Part shown: positions 34,741-46,600 of the stretch, one piece after another
How positions within the stretch are numbered: position 1 is the first letter of the stretch
Layout of the letters: the number at the start of each line of letters is the position of its first letter
Translations under genes and position numbers: made by a program
DNA from: the human T2T-CHM13v2.0 reference genome, Homo sapiens
Reading direction: 5' to 3' (one strand)
Assembly (NCBI RefSeq): GCF_009914755.1
Contig: NC_060925.1
Length of the DNA stretch: 64,000 nucleotides
Notes under the pieces: generated by a model
The model's input: only the letters and a program-made list of their open reading frames with translations
What the model was told of the DNA's origin: nothing
The model's database searches: none

Positions 34741-37700
34741 GGTTTGGGTAAAAACTTGTCGTCTTGTTTCATCATCAAAATTATATTTATAGAGGAGGAA
34801 GCAGAGCCTCAGAGAGGTTGACCATGAGCCCAAGGTCACACAGCACAAGGTAGAGGCAGGACTTTCTGCCCACAGTGCCCTGGAGAGGAGGATGCCCCCA
34901 ATTCTGCCACATTCCAAGCCCCCACAGGCATCACCCCCAGTGGGTCTTTCCACCAGCACTGTGACCAGGAAGTTATGATCCCCACTTAACCAGTGACGAA
35001 GTGGAGCCATGGGAGAAAGTTTCACAGCGTGGAGGGACAGAGCAGGATTTGAACCCAGGTTTCCTGGAATGAAAAGCCTTTTGCTCACTATGAGCTGCCA
35101 CTTGAAAGGAAGCCACAGTGAGCCCAATGTAGGCTCTCAGGCAGCCTGTTGGTGGTCGTTCCCAGGAACCTCAGCTCACTGCTAGATCCAGGCATTGAAT
35201 GAAACCAGGTGGGAACTGATGCCAGGGACAGCATGACTCACTGTGGGAGGATCAAGGAGGGACCTTCTGAGGCCCGAGGCCCAGACAGACCTTCCAGGCT
35301 CAGTGTCTGGGCTCAGAGGCAGCTGGCCTTTGATCCAGGTCCCAGACATAGGCTGCCTCTGATGTGCAGACGATGCCTTGTGAAGCCAGATCCCATCAGG
35401 GAACAGATCAGCACTGTGCAGCCTCATTACTGATCTGACCTATTTTCCGCTTCCCTCACCGGGAGCTGAGGTGGCTGCTATAGTAACAGCACCAACGGAG
35501 GTGACAGAGGCAGCTCCCAGGACACTGTTTTCCACTGAAAGGAGAAAAAGCTTATGGGCCCTTTGGGGCAAACAGGCCCAGCTCTTCCTCTGACCACCGC
35601 AAGCCCTTCTCCTCTCCCAGCCTCACTGTTTTCTTCCATGAAATGGGATCCAATAGTGCCTCTCTCCTGAGACTGTAAGGATGCAAATCCCAGCACAGGA
35701 AGCCTGTGTGTGTCAGCTCTCACGGTCTTGTGTCATTTCGTATCATTTACTGGTGTTTCCACTGATGGGCTGTGGGCTGCGACAGGGTGCAGGTGTATTG
35801 TCTATGGCACCAGATGGATGCCTTAATTCATTTATTCAACAAGTGCATTTACTGAGCGCCTGTCTTGAGCTGGTCACTGAGTGTGGAGACCAGGCAGAGC
35901 AGGGGCTGTCTGGGAAGCAGAGTTTAGTTCAAATCAGGAAATGACTTACCCGCAGTCACACTCACCCAGTGGGACACCTTAGACAGGGCTGGCTTTGCTG
36001 GTGCTGGGGTTTGGGGGACGTTTATATGGATAAAGTGCCTACTGTGCACCAGGCATAGGCACTTCCACCAAAGCACATTACTGAGCCTTCAGTAGGGGCC
36101 TGGCAGCATCAACCCCACTCACAGATGGGATAGGAGAGAGCAGGGAAGGAGAGGGACTTGCACCCAGGCCTGGGCAGACGCAGGGTGGCCACTCAGAATG
36201 CCCCAGAGTCTCCCTGAAATGCCAGTTTCAGGGCTCCTCACCCATTTCAAGACAGGATATCCGGGCTGGGACCTGGGAATCTGCACTTTGAAGCTCCCCA
36301 GGGAACTTGAGGAGCCTTGTGAGACACCCCACACCCTGGCAGGGCAATGGGAAGGAAGACACTTTGACCTGGTATAGGTTTTCCATGAGGGAGGAAAGGA
36401 AGCTGTGAATGTGGAGGAGAGGCTGACTCCTTCTTGAAGCCCTGGTGGGATTGTATGACCTGAGCCTCGAACCTGGGCCCAGACCCTGTGCTGCAGTAGC
36501 CACAATGGTGCAGCTTCGTCTTGAACAGCGAGGACGCCCGACCTGTGCTCTGCACTTTGCACACATCCCCTCAGTTTGCAGTCTCCCCCCAGCAAGGGGG
36601 AATCCTTCTCCCCATCTCCAGGGGAGCAAACTGAGCCCCAGAGAGGCAGTCACATGACCACGGCCACAGGGCACCCCAGGGACAGAGCCACTCACATCAG
36701 GGCTCTGGATGGCAGAGTCCAGAGTCCATGGTGTCTCCAAGGTGCCTGAGAGACTAATACCTCTCAGGAGCCCCTTGGCCACCTCTGCTTGACCTTCCCA
36801 ACATCACCCCACCCCACCCAGCCAGGCCATGGGAGAGGCAGGCTCCAAGCAAGCCCTGCACGGAGATTGTGCTGGGTGTGCCCCGCTGCAAGGCCCAACT
36901 GTCCCCTCTCACTAGGCAGTTTCTTTGGCTGATCACATAGGCCACTAAGCAGGTTAAGGTGCTCACAGTGTGACTGCTGAGTGCCTGTGGACTCCCCTGG
37001 GGAGGGGCCTGTCTTCCTGGCTGCTTGCTATCAAAGGTGTAGACCCCTTGGCTCTGGGTTTCTGGGCTGCAGTGTAAATGACCACGTGTACAGTCACCAT
37101 CTGGACTCACTGCGTCTGCTGATGGGACTTGGAGGCAAGGAACTGGCCCTATGGTGCTGATGGCACTATTGTTTGCTGAGCTGGGGGTGATAAACTCCGT
37201 TGATTTTATTTCTCTGATCCATTAAGTCTCTCTCCATTCAGCATCTGTGGAGTTGCGTGGTCATCTCCCCTTTGGAGTTGGTTACTCTTTTCCATCCCCT
37301 TGCAGTCAGAGTTCTTTCCGGAATATTTGGCTTGGAGACATTCACAACCTGATTCAGGGACAAAAACGTGGCCATTTGGAAAGAGAAACTGGAGAGAATG
37401 GGAGCTAGAGGGGCCATCCTTGGGGTGCTCCTGCTCAGCCCCCGCCCACCCTCAACAGCCAGGTCTGAGCTGCCACCCCTAGTGTGCAAATCCTCTGCAC
37501 AGCTGGAGGCCGGGGCCAGAGTCAGTACCCGGGGACCTTCCCAGACATTTCAGGGTGAAGGGAGTGGGAGCTAGAGAAGGCAGTTGCCACCCAATCCAGA
37601 GTCTTTGGTGTGGGAAGTTTAAAGGGACTGATTCTGCCGCCCTGTGCCTCCCCAGGTCACAGGGATGAACGGAGCTCTCTTTGATTGCACCTGTGCCCCA

Positions 37701-39499
37701 CTGTGGACTGGAGCCCCCCTTCTTCAGAACACAGCACACCGAAGCCCAAGCGGCCTTCAAACTCATCTTATCTGGTTTGCAGGGCCCATTTTACAGATGA
37801 GAAAACTAAGGCACAGAAAAGTTCAACAGACAGCAGCAAAGAGGGACTCGAAATAGCAGAAACTTCTGAGACAACAGGCCTGGTTTCTAATTCCAGCCGC
37901 ATCTCGACTGTCTCAGCCAATCTTGCACCTCAGAGTCTCCATTCAGCAGCTGTAAAATGCTCAGCCCCCTTCCCTGCATCCGATACCTAGCCCAGGGCCC
38001 TGCACACATCTGTCTGCCTTAGTTCCTTTGCCTATAGAGTGGGTCTGTAAAATGGATCCCTGTGAAGTTCAGTTTAGGAAATCCATGTAAAGCACCTAGC
38101 ACATAGTAGATGCCCCAAAATGGTAGCTCATACAGGACCAAGCCTTTCCTGACCCAAATCCCTGGATATTGCATCCCAGTGATCAAAGCAGCCCTTCCCT
38201 ATGCCATCACACCTGAGGCCAACTAAGCCCCAGTGGCTGAGCCTCCAAGCCCTAAGGCGACTCTGAAGAAGAGGTGGGTGCAGGCTCCTGCACAGAAGCC
38301 CCATCCCCACAACCATTTTCTCCCCTGTTAATTGCATTCACATTGGGAACAGTTGAGCCTTTCCCCATTTTCACAGAGTATAGTCCAGGAAATAACCATG
38401 TAATTAAAGAGGAGAAATGTAAAACAACACTCTCATTGGGACTTTAGACCACCCCATCTTCTCTCCTTGTAAATTAATTAGCGAACTGCGACTGTGAAGA
38501 CAAACCCCTTGTTGAAACCCGGTAACCAATTCACTATGGGGCCAAGAGACTCCCACTGTAGTACAAGGCCTGAAAAAGGAAAGCAAAGGAGCACTAATTA
38601 GTTCAGTCCTATTTATCTACACAAAATAAAAATATAAAAATATTGGTTGCAAAACAATTTGCTGGCTGTCAATAGACTGTGTCTACCCCGGGGAGACCCT
38701 GGTTTTGCTTCTTTCTGGAATTTGTTTATAACCTTCTGTTAATCAAACCTGAGCAGGGAGAGATGTGGAAATTAGGTAGAGAGAACGGACTTCATGACGA
38801 CCTGGAGCAGACCTGGGAAGAATTGGGATGAGTTCGTGGCAGTAGCTTGGGTTGCCAGGTGCCAAGACACTGGCCCTGCCTTGCTGGGAGCCTGGTGATA
38901 GGGCCTTTTTGGAATCAGGCCTTCACACAGGGAATGTAATCTACAGGATGGCAGGTGTGTGAGGATGGCTGTTCCAGAAGATTCCATATAGGTCGGGCTC
39001 CCTAGAAGCTGAGTCTGAGATGGGGACGTGTGGGGATGTTTGGGACTGTGGAGGACATAGGCTCAGGAGAAGGGGAGTCAGGGAAGCAGTGGAGGGCGGG
39101 CAAGAAGCAAGGCCAGGGCGTGGGCTCAGTGCACCCAAGGAGAGCTCTGGAGCCTCGTGTGTGGCACCACATGGCTGTCCCACCTCAGGCAGTGAGATGG
39201 GTCTTTTGCACCCTGTGTCAACCCGTCATCAGTTGCGGTTGCCCCCAGTGGTAGTTCCAGCCAGTCAGCTCCCTCAGCTAAGGACAGTTCTCCAGACAGG
39301 GCACATCTGTGAACCGTTGGCAGCTGACACTCCACAGCTGGAAGATGGGTGCACTGAGCCAGCAGGATACTAGGTGGTGCCCAAATACCACCACTCCCGT
39401 CTGTGACTCCATTACCAACATCTACCTCTCGAGCATCTGGTTCAGCCTCAGGAACACCCCTCTTCATTTTCCTTGGGGAACCACCGCTCAGCCCTGACA

Positions 39500-39855
39500 G
39501 GCCTTGGGGGTCCTGCAGAAATCATCAGAATCAGGGCCAGTTAGGGAAATCATCCCAGCCCAGATCAGGGATGAGCTGAACCCCATGCCTGGCCAATCAG
39601 TATCTTGCATCCTCCTGGACACAGCGATCAGCTGAAGGAAGACACAATCAAAGCCAATGGGACTGAACTGAGGGGGTGGCCATATGCAGAGCTGGCAGGC
39701 ATGAGAGCCATCTTGGTGGATACCGGAGCCAAGAGTGGTCTGGAGAACATTGCTGAGCCCAGAACACCCCCAGGACCTCCAGTCAGGGGATCCCATCAGC
39801 TCCTTTCTGCTTAAGCCGGTCAGCATGGAGTTTCTGTCCTTTCCAACCCAGGGCT
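39500..39855 (+). mobile_element. Ancient MLT1 (J/K/L-like) LTR
   Basis: GGCCAATCAG..TGCATCCTCCTGG and a typical 3' end TGCTTAAGCC..GTTTCTGTC. Confidence 0.55.
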
Positions 39856-41199
39856 TTAACTCACCCCCACTCTGACCCACAATGCCCATGGCCCAGTTCC
39901 CTGGGCCACTTCTCAAGCCAGCTGCATCTTACACTCTCCTTTGTGCCATGGGGCTCCCCGGGTAGGGAATCCCCCACCTTTCCCTCCACCCTCATGAAGA
40001 ACTGAGTCCTGGGTGTACCCATACACCCACCCTTTGTGGCTTTCATGGAAAATCCTGAGGCTGGACACCAGACGTTTGTAGACCCCACTCTCCACAGCTC
40101 AGGCCATCCTAGGTTCAGGGCCAGGACTGACAAGGTCAGAGGACCCTGCAGCAGCCTCAGGTCCACCAGCTCTAAGCCGCTGAGCTGTGGGCTCCAGCCT
40201 TTGCCCCGGGGACCCCTCCCTAGCATGGCTCTGATTGTGTTCCTCCATCCAGTCCCTGTCCCCTTTCACCCCAGCGCCCACCTCAGAACCCCAGCCTGCC
40301 TAACAGAGCCCTCACGCACTCCCCAGCCTCCACCAACCCTTTGCTGTAGGGTCCAATCTTGTCCTTCTGCCCTCAGGACTGGTGGGCCCAGCTCCAAGTT
40401 GAATGTTGCCTCACGGCCAGGACTGTCTTCTGCCCTCTGTGAGCCTGGAAGAGGGAGAGAGAGGAGAGAGGCCATCACTGTGTGCCCAGGGCTCACACTC
40501 ATGATCCCAGGCATGAAGCCAGCTCAGCTTCTTAGTACTAAAGGCCTGGGTACTGCATCAACCCGGCAATCACAACTCTGCTGCCTTTCAGGGCCAGTGG
40601 ACCCTGCAGGTGAGTCCTTACACACTTGGAAGAGGATCCTGGTCTCCTCGGCCTCCAACCTGCTTGGGGCTTCTGCATTCAGAGCTGTGGGAGCAGCAGG
40701 GGAGCCCTTCATCATCCTATTGCAGAGCACTGAGACAGCAGGGGACTCTGTGGGCAGATTCTGGCACCCCCTACCCCATCCCCGACTTCCTCCCGCCCCG
40801 CCGGTCCCCTCTCCCTCCAAGGCTGTCCCGGCACATTACGTGATGAAGTGGCCTCATTCCTGGCACCTCCGACTCATAGCAGGCAGGCTGGAGGGGGCTG
40901 GGGGGAGCACTCAGGAGAGACTGGATGGGCAGCGGGCATAGAGGGGAGTGCGACTGGAATAACAGTGAATAACTGCACAGCACTTTTCAGTTTGTGCAGG
41001 TGTACTGTACTGGGCTTTGCGTTTACTCACCCATGGCCTCATTTGAATTTGACAACAACCTGTGGCATTGTATTAGCATCGTCCCCATTTTAGGCTGTGG
41101 ATATGGGCACAGAGAGGGAAAATGATGCCCTCAAGGTCAGACAGCCAGGAGGTAGCCGGGCAGGGATGCACACACGGTTCTAATCACAGCAGCCCACAT

Positions 41200-41355
41200 T
41201 CACTGAGCGCCTGCTGTGTGCAGGCCCGTTACTTGCACAGTGGGGCACTTATTCCTCATGGCAACCCTCTGAGTCTGGAACCATTATTATCCCATTTTAA
41301 GACAAAGAAACTGAGGCACAGAGAGGTCATGCTACTTGCCCAAAGTCACACAGCT
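41200..41355 (-). mobile_element. MIR SINE
   Basis: ATTATTATCCCATTTTAAGACAAAGAAACTGAGGCACAGAGAGGT..ACTTGCCCAAAGTCACACAGCTA. Confidence 0.85.
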
Positions 41356-41899
41356 ACATCCTTCTTGTCCTCAGACCCCACTTCTTCCACAATGAGATGG
41401 AATTGGGGTTCTCCAGGGAAAGGCCCACACCTCCTAGGTCCCCAGTCCTTGAGTCCTTGGTCCCCAGTAAAGCTGTTCTCCTCCCCGCCTCATCCCAAGA
41501 GCCTGGGGTCAGTGTGGGGCCCAGGGCAGAGCTGATGCAGCTGGAGAGACAGATTCCTGAGCACAAGCAGCTGGCAGCAGATCGGATCAGGACCCAGGCA
41601 GGCTGAGTTCCAGCGCTGGATCTACCACGCATGTGCTGTGTAGCCTGGGGACCACCCCCCTTCCCCTCGCTGGGCCCCCATTCCAAGGCTTCCAAAGTTC
41701 CAGAACTCGGGGACTGTGTGGACCCCCTCTGAGTTCCCTGCACTCATGGCAGGAAGAGGCACACACCGGCCCCTCCTTCCTCTCCTTCCTCTCCTCTCCC
41801 GGAGGGGGCGCCCTATGGAATAGTCTCACCTCCTCCGGGATCTTTCCTCCATCTCTCCTCAGTGCTTCTCCGGCCTTCACTCCAACTGGAAGGAATTGA

Positions 41900-42110
41900 A
41901 CTGGGAACTTATTGAATGCCTGCTGTGTCCTGAGGCACTGAAGACACCTTGCAGCCTTCTAACGCTTCCACCCCCTTCTGAGGTGTGGAACTATCATCCC
42001 CATTTCACAGATGAGGAAACCAAAGTCTTGGAGAGGTCGAGTGATCCAAGAACACCAGTTAGGAAGTGGCAAGGCTGGAATTTGAACTCAGGTGTCTGGC
42101 TCCAAAGCCC
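41900..42110 (-). mobile_element. MIR SINE
   Basis: CCCATTTCACAGATGAGGAAAC..GGAATTTGAACTCAGG. Confidence 0.8.
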
Positions 42111-43639
42111 ACTTTCTCCTGGGTCCTGCTGCCTTTCCCTCGCAGTGCCTGGTGGGATTGTGACGGAGCCCCTGACCTGCACACCACCGAAGGATATGGT
42201 CTTCCTTAGGTGAGAGGGGCCCCAGGAACCCAAAGGGTGTATCACTTAGGACAATTGTGTATGTATGCCGAGGATGTGCAAAATGGTGTGCATGTGTGTC
42301 CACGTCTGGGAATGCCCATGTCATGATCCCACCATAACTCATCAGGGATCATGGCAAAGGTCACTTGTCAAGCCCCCCTGTGACCTGCCATCATGCCTGA
42401 ACTTCACTCTCATGGAGGCATCTCTTCCTGGTTGCAGCCTCTGAGTGTGCGTCATTACTCTTCCATATCAGGATTCAGATGCCCAGGGAAGTGGCTGGTT
42501 TGTAGGCACACAGCAGTACCTGCTGGAGCTGAGAGCCTCCATGGGATCCCCTTTTTCTGCAATGGTGTGTGCACCTGTGAGGGGTCGGCCCTTATGTGGT
42601 CAGTAGAAGGAGGAAGCCCAGGGGTCCCCAGAGAGCCCCCCAGGAAGGAAGCATGTTGTCCTGGTGCCTTGAGAGTCCCTGACTCCCTCACCCCTTTCTG
42701 TTTATCCCTCTGGGCCTGAGTTTCCTTACTGCATACTGAGGAGCACCTTGCCTGTCTTGCAGGCTGGTTGTGAGGGTTCCATGTGACTACCCAGATGCAC
42801 TTTGTGAACAGAGTGAACATGCTAGAACATGCTAAACCACAGGCCAGCGTGGAGGCCGTCCAGAGGCTCCACCCACTCTACCCAGGTGGATGGTGTCTTC
42901 CTCCTTGGGGAGTGGTCGCAAGTGCTGGTTCTATCCTCAGAGTCACAGGTTCAGAGCTGGCTCTGCTGAGTCACCCCAGACAAGACCCATGATCACCCTG
43001 AGCCTCGGTGTCCCCTCTACCACCAGGGCAGCCCCTTACGTCCTTGAACCATTCCTGCTGGTCAGAAGGATGTCCTGACCTCTGACCAAATCCACATCAG
43101 GACACAGTTCCCACTCTAGAGTCCACTGTGCACATGTGTGCCTGTGTGCATGGGGCAAGGTTGACCTGCTCAGACACTGGCAGCTCCTCCCACAGCATAG
43201 ATGACTCTCAGGTCCTCACGGGCCCCTTCTCCAGCTGAGCAGCCCCAGCTCTGAGACCCACGACCTCCTGGGCCCCTCCTTTGGACCAAGCCCTGTGCTC
43301 AGTTCTTGATAGAGTCCTCCCAACAGCTCTGAGAAATAGGAGCTCTTATCACTCTCACTTTACTGATGAGGAAACGGAGGCTCTGAGAGACCAAGGGACT
43401 TGTGGAAGGTCGCAGGATGTGCTGGAGCTGGGACACAACCCAGGCCCCTGCTGACTCCACAGCCTGCCGATGCTACTCTGTCTTCTGTCTCTGTCTTCTC
43501 CTACTCTGCAAGCCTTCCAGAACATTCCTCCTGCACCTGTGCTGCTTTTCCCTCCCTCGAAGAGCAGGCCCAGAGAACGCCAGGCCAGCCCTGAGGACGG
43601 CGGGTCTCTCACCTCCTCCTCCCTGGACAGCTCCTTACC

Positions 43640-44040
43640 TTGCTGTTTCTCAACATGAGCTTTCCCAGCAACTCAACACCCAGTGACTCACGCTGAGCCC
43701 CCAGCTCAGCTCCTGCAGGGGCTGTGGACAGGCAGCTCTCCCTCCCTGCTGCTTGTGCAGTTAGTTTTCAAAACCAGATGCAGAACTTCTCAAAGAACCT
43801 GTATTAAATTCTATCTGCTTAATCTCGCATTGAGCTCCGCCGGATGCCAACAGCGTTTGGTGTCCCTCCCGGGTTCCATCTTCTGGGGATCGGGTTGGTT
43901 TGTTTCTGTAGCTCTTCTTTTAGGTAGGCCAAGTGTCCTGGGCTGGGAACACAGCCTGTGGCACACCCCCAGAGACTGCCCTCTAGGCCAGCATCCGCTC
44001 ACTGACAGGTCCTCTCTGGGCTCCATGTTCAGCCAGCCTG
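43640..44040 (-). mobile_element. L3/CR1 LINE reverse-transcriptase relic
   Basis: ACAGCCTGTGGCACACCCCCAGAGACTGCCCTCTAGG..ATGTTCAGCCAG is the reverse complement of a decayed CR1 RT block WLN..(S)GVPQGSVLG. Confidence 0.6.
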
Positions 44041-44942
44041 GCCGGCTGTCCTCTGTCTGTGGCCCTGTCTGTCTTCCCTGTGGCTTGCTGGCCTGTCGCC
44101 TTCCCCATCCCTCTCTCTCTCTCCTTGTTATTGTCCCTTTCTCTTTTCTTCTCCCCTCCTCCTTCTCTGTTTCCCCCAACACCTCCCCCGCCCAAGGTGG
44201 TCAAGGTCACAGCCACAAAGGCTGCTCCTCACTTGCCTCCAAAGGCTGCTTTGGCTACATCCTGGGCCACAGCAAAGATGGCGCTCAGAGCCTGGCAGGG
44301 GCACAGGGGCAGGAAGGAGTGCTTCTGCGTGATCCAAGGGGATCCCAACAGCCTCACCACTTATTGAGCAGCTGCTGTGTGAGAAGTGGGGACCCACTGA
44401 CTGAGAGGAACCCATCTGCGGTCACACAGACCTGGGCTGGCCTCTCAAATCCCCTTTTTAATTGTGTGACCTGGGGCAAGTCGGCCTCTCTGAGTGTCTG
44501 CTTCCTTATCTGTGAATTGGGGTAAATGCCACAGTCTGCTGCGAAGACTGAAGGAGACCATGTATGTAAATACTTTGATGTAATTCTTGGCCAGAAAATA
44601 ACACTGGAAAGAGCACAGGCAATCTTAGCTGACATCATTTGTATTGCAGGGCCCTGTGCTAGAACCTTTTCATTTATTACTTCTTTAAATTTCTTCTTTG
44701 CGTGATGTAACTTTCCATACATACTTAATACAATGCAATCTACGTTACACATCTACCTGTCTATCCTTGTACCTATCCATGTCTCTAGAGCGCATCAACA
44801 CACAACAAACACCAGTGAACTGCAGTCTGAGAATTAGAACATCACCAAGAGGAAACAGAAGTCCCTCAGGTCCCTGCAACAATTTCATCTCCCACACCCT
44901 ACTGGAGGTAACCACTGTCATGCAATTTACGTTTTGCATTTC

Positions 44943-45242
44943 TTTTTTTTTTTTTTTTTTGAGATGGGGTCTTGCTGAGACATCCAGGTTGGAGTGCAAT
45001 GGCACAATCTCGGCTCACTGCAACCACTGCTTCCTGGGTTCAAGTGATTCTCTGGCCTCAGCCTCCCAAGTAGCTGAGATTACAGGCGAGTGTCACCATG
45101 CCCAGCTAATTTTTGTATTTTTAGTAGAGAAGGGGTTTCACCGTACTGGCTAGGCTGGTCTCAAACCCCTGACCTCAAGTGATCTGCCCTCCTCGGCCTC
45201 CCAAAGTGCTGGGATTACAGGCGTGAACCACCACACCTGGCC
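44943..45242 (-). mobile_element. Full-length AluS (Sx/Sz-like)
   Basis: Dimeric Alu with poly(T). 15-bp TSD TACGTTTTGCATTTC / TACATTTTGCATGTC. Confidence 0.95.
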
Positions 45243-45279
45243 TACATTTTGCATGTCTATGCTTTTGAAAGAAAATATA

Positions 45280-45965
45280 GTCTACTTTTATGACTTTGGG
45301 TTGGAAAAAAGGTATTTACCAAAATACATAAAGTGCCAAGCATAAAGGAAATGATTGATAAATTTGATTCAATTTAGGCAGAGTTTCTGTTCATCCGGCA
45401 TCACTATAAATAAACTAGAAAGATAAGCCACAATGTGGGAGCAGATACTACAACACACAAGCAAGAAATGATTGCATCCTGAATATATTTTTAAAATTTC
45501 CTAAAAAGATGAAGAAACCCATAAGAAATGCAACAGAAAATTAGATAATGGGCATGAATAGGCATTTCAAGAAGGCTGAATGGCTAATGATCATTTGAAA
45601 ATATGTGCAACCTCATTAGTAATCAGAGAAACACAAATTATAGAACACTCAGAATTCCCATTTTACACCTGCTAGTTGGACAAAAGTGAATTTCAAGTCT
45701 AGGTGGAGAAACAATAGAAACTCTCCCACACCACTGCTTGGAGTGGAAATGATACAGGCTCTTTGAAAACCAATTTGGCACTGTCTTGTAACATCGAACA
45801 TGCACATACCTTATACTTCAGTGGTTGTACTTCTAGAGTTTACCCCAGAGAATCTCCTGTACATGGGCGTCAGGAGACTTGTACAAGAATGTTCACAGCA
45901 GCTTCATTTGTAATAACAAAAACCAAGAAACAACCCAATCAATATCTTTGAGTAAGTGAATGAAT
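45280..45965 (+). mobile_element. Old L1M (L1ME-like) ORF2-end/3' UTR fragment
   Basis: GGCATGAATAGGCATTTCA, CAACCTCATTAGTAATCAGAGAAA, CAAGAATGTTCACAGCAGC. Confidence 0.7.
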
Positions 45966-46510
45966 CTCTCGAGTCCTTTCCAACTTCCAGATGGAAGTGT
46001 CTGAGGCCTCAAACTGGGCTTCACAGCCAGTGACAGGCACTGAGTCAGCTACCCCCATCCCCTGGGCAATCAGTGGGGCTCCCTGCAGATTTGACTACTT
46101 CAAACAGACCCCAGGTGGCCCCTCACTGACAAGTTCAAGGCCATCTAAGAATTGGAGCCTCTGGGCTCCTGAGTCAATAGGACCCACGTGACTGGGTTCA
46201 GGCATCGGAGGCAACAAAGACCCCAGGAGTGGGTAGGGTTATTCCAGGGCTTCTCCACCTGACAGGCCCATCCACCAGGGTCAGAGAGCCCCAGCCCAGA
46301 GACTCAGGACTCAGAGGGTCTCCTTTCCAGGCCCCCAATGTGCAGATGGGCACACTGAGGCAAGGAGGCGGCTGGAAGGGAGGGCATAGCTTCCTAAGTT
46401 TAGTTCAAAGATCTTCCCAGTACCCCATGCCACCCCTCCATGACCCCCAACCCCTCAGCAGGCCAGATGCCCAGCAGACCAGATGCCCACAGGCAAGATC
46501 CATGCATGCA

Positions 46511-46513
<3 letters not shown>

Positions 46514-46554
<41 letters not shown>

Positions 46555-46600
46555 GAACACAACACACACACAGACACACAACACACACACACACACACAC
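46514..46600. repeat. Compound (CA)n microsatellite
   Basis: Directly visible. Confidence 0.95.

Noticed and set aside
40036-40941. Longest ORF in the window (301 aa)
   Set aside because: Starts at a non-ATG codon as annotated, has Pro/Ser/Leu/Gly-rich composition typical of GC-rich non-coding DNA, no recognisable domain, and competing ORFs in other frames.
43683-44525. 280-aa ORF
   Set aside because: Runs antisense across an L3/CR1 relic, a pyrimidine tract and a MIR. No protein family signal.
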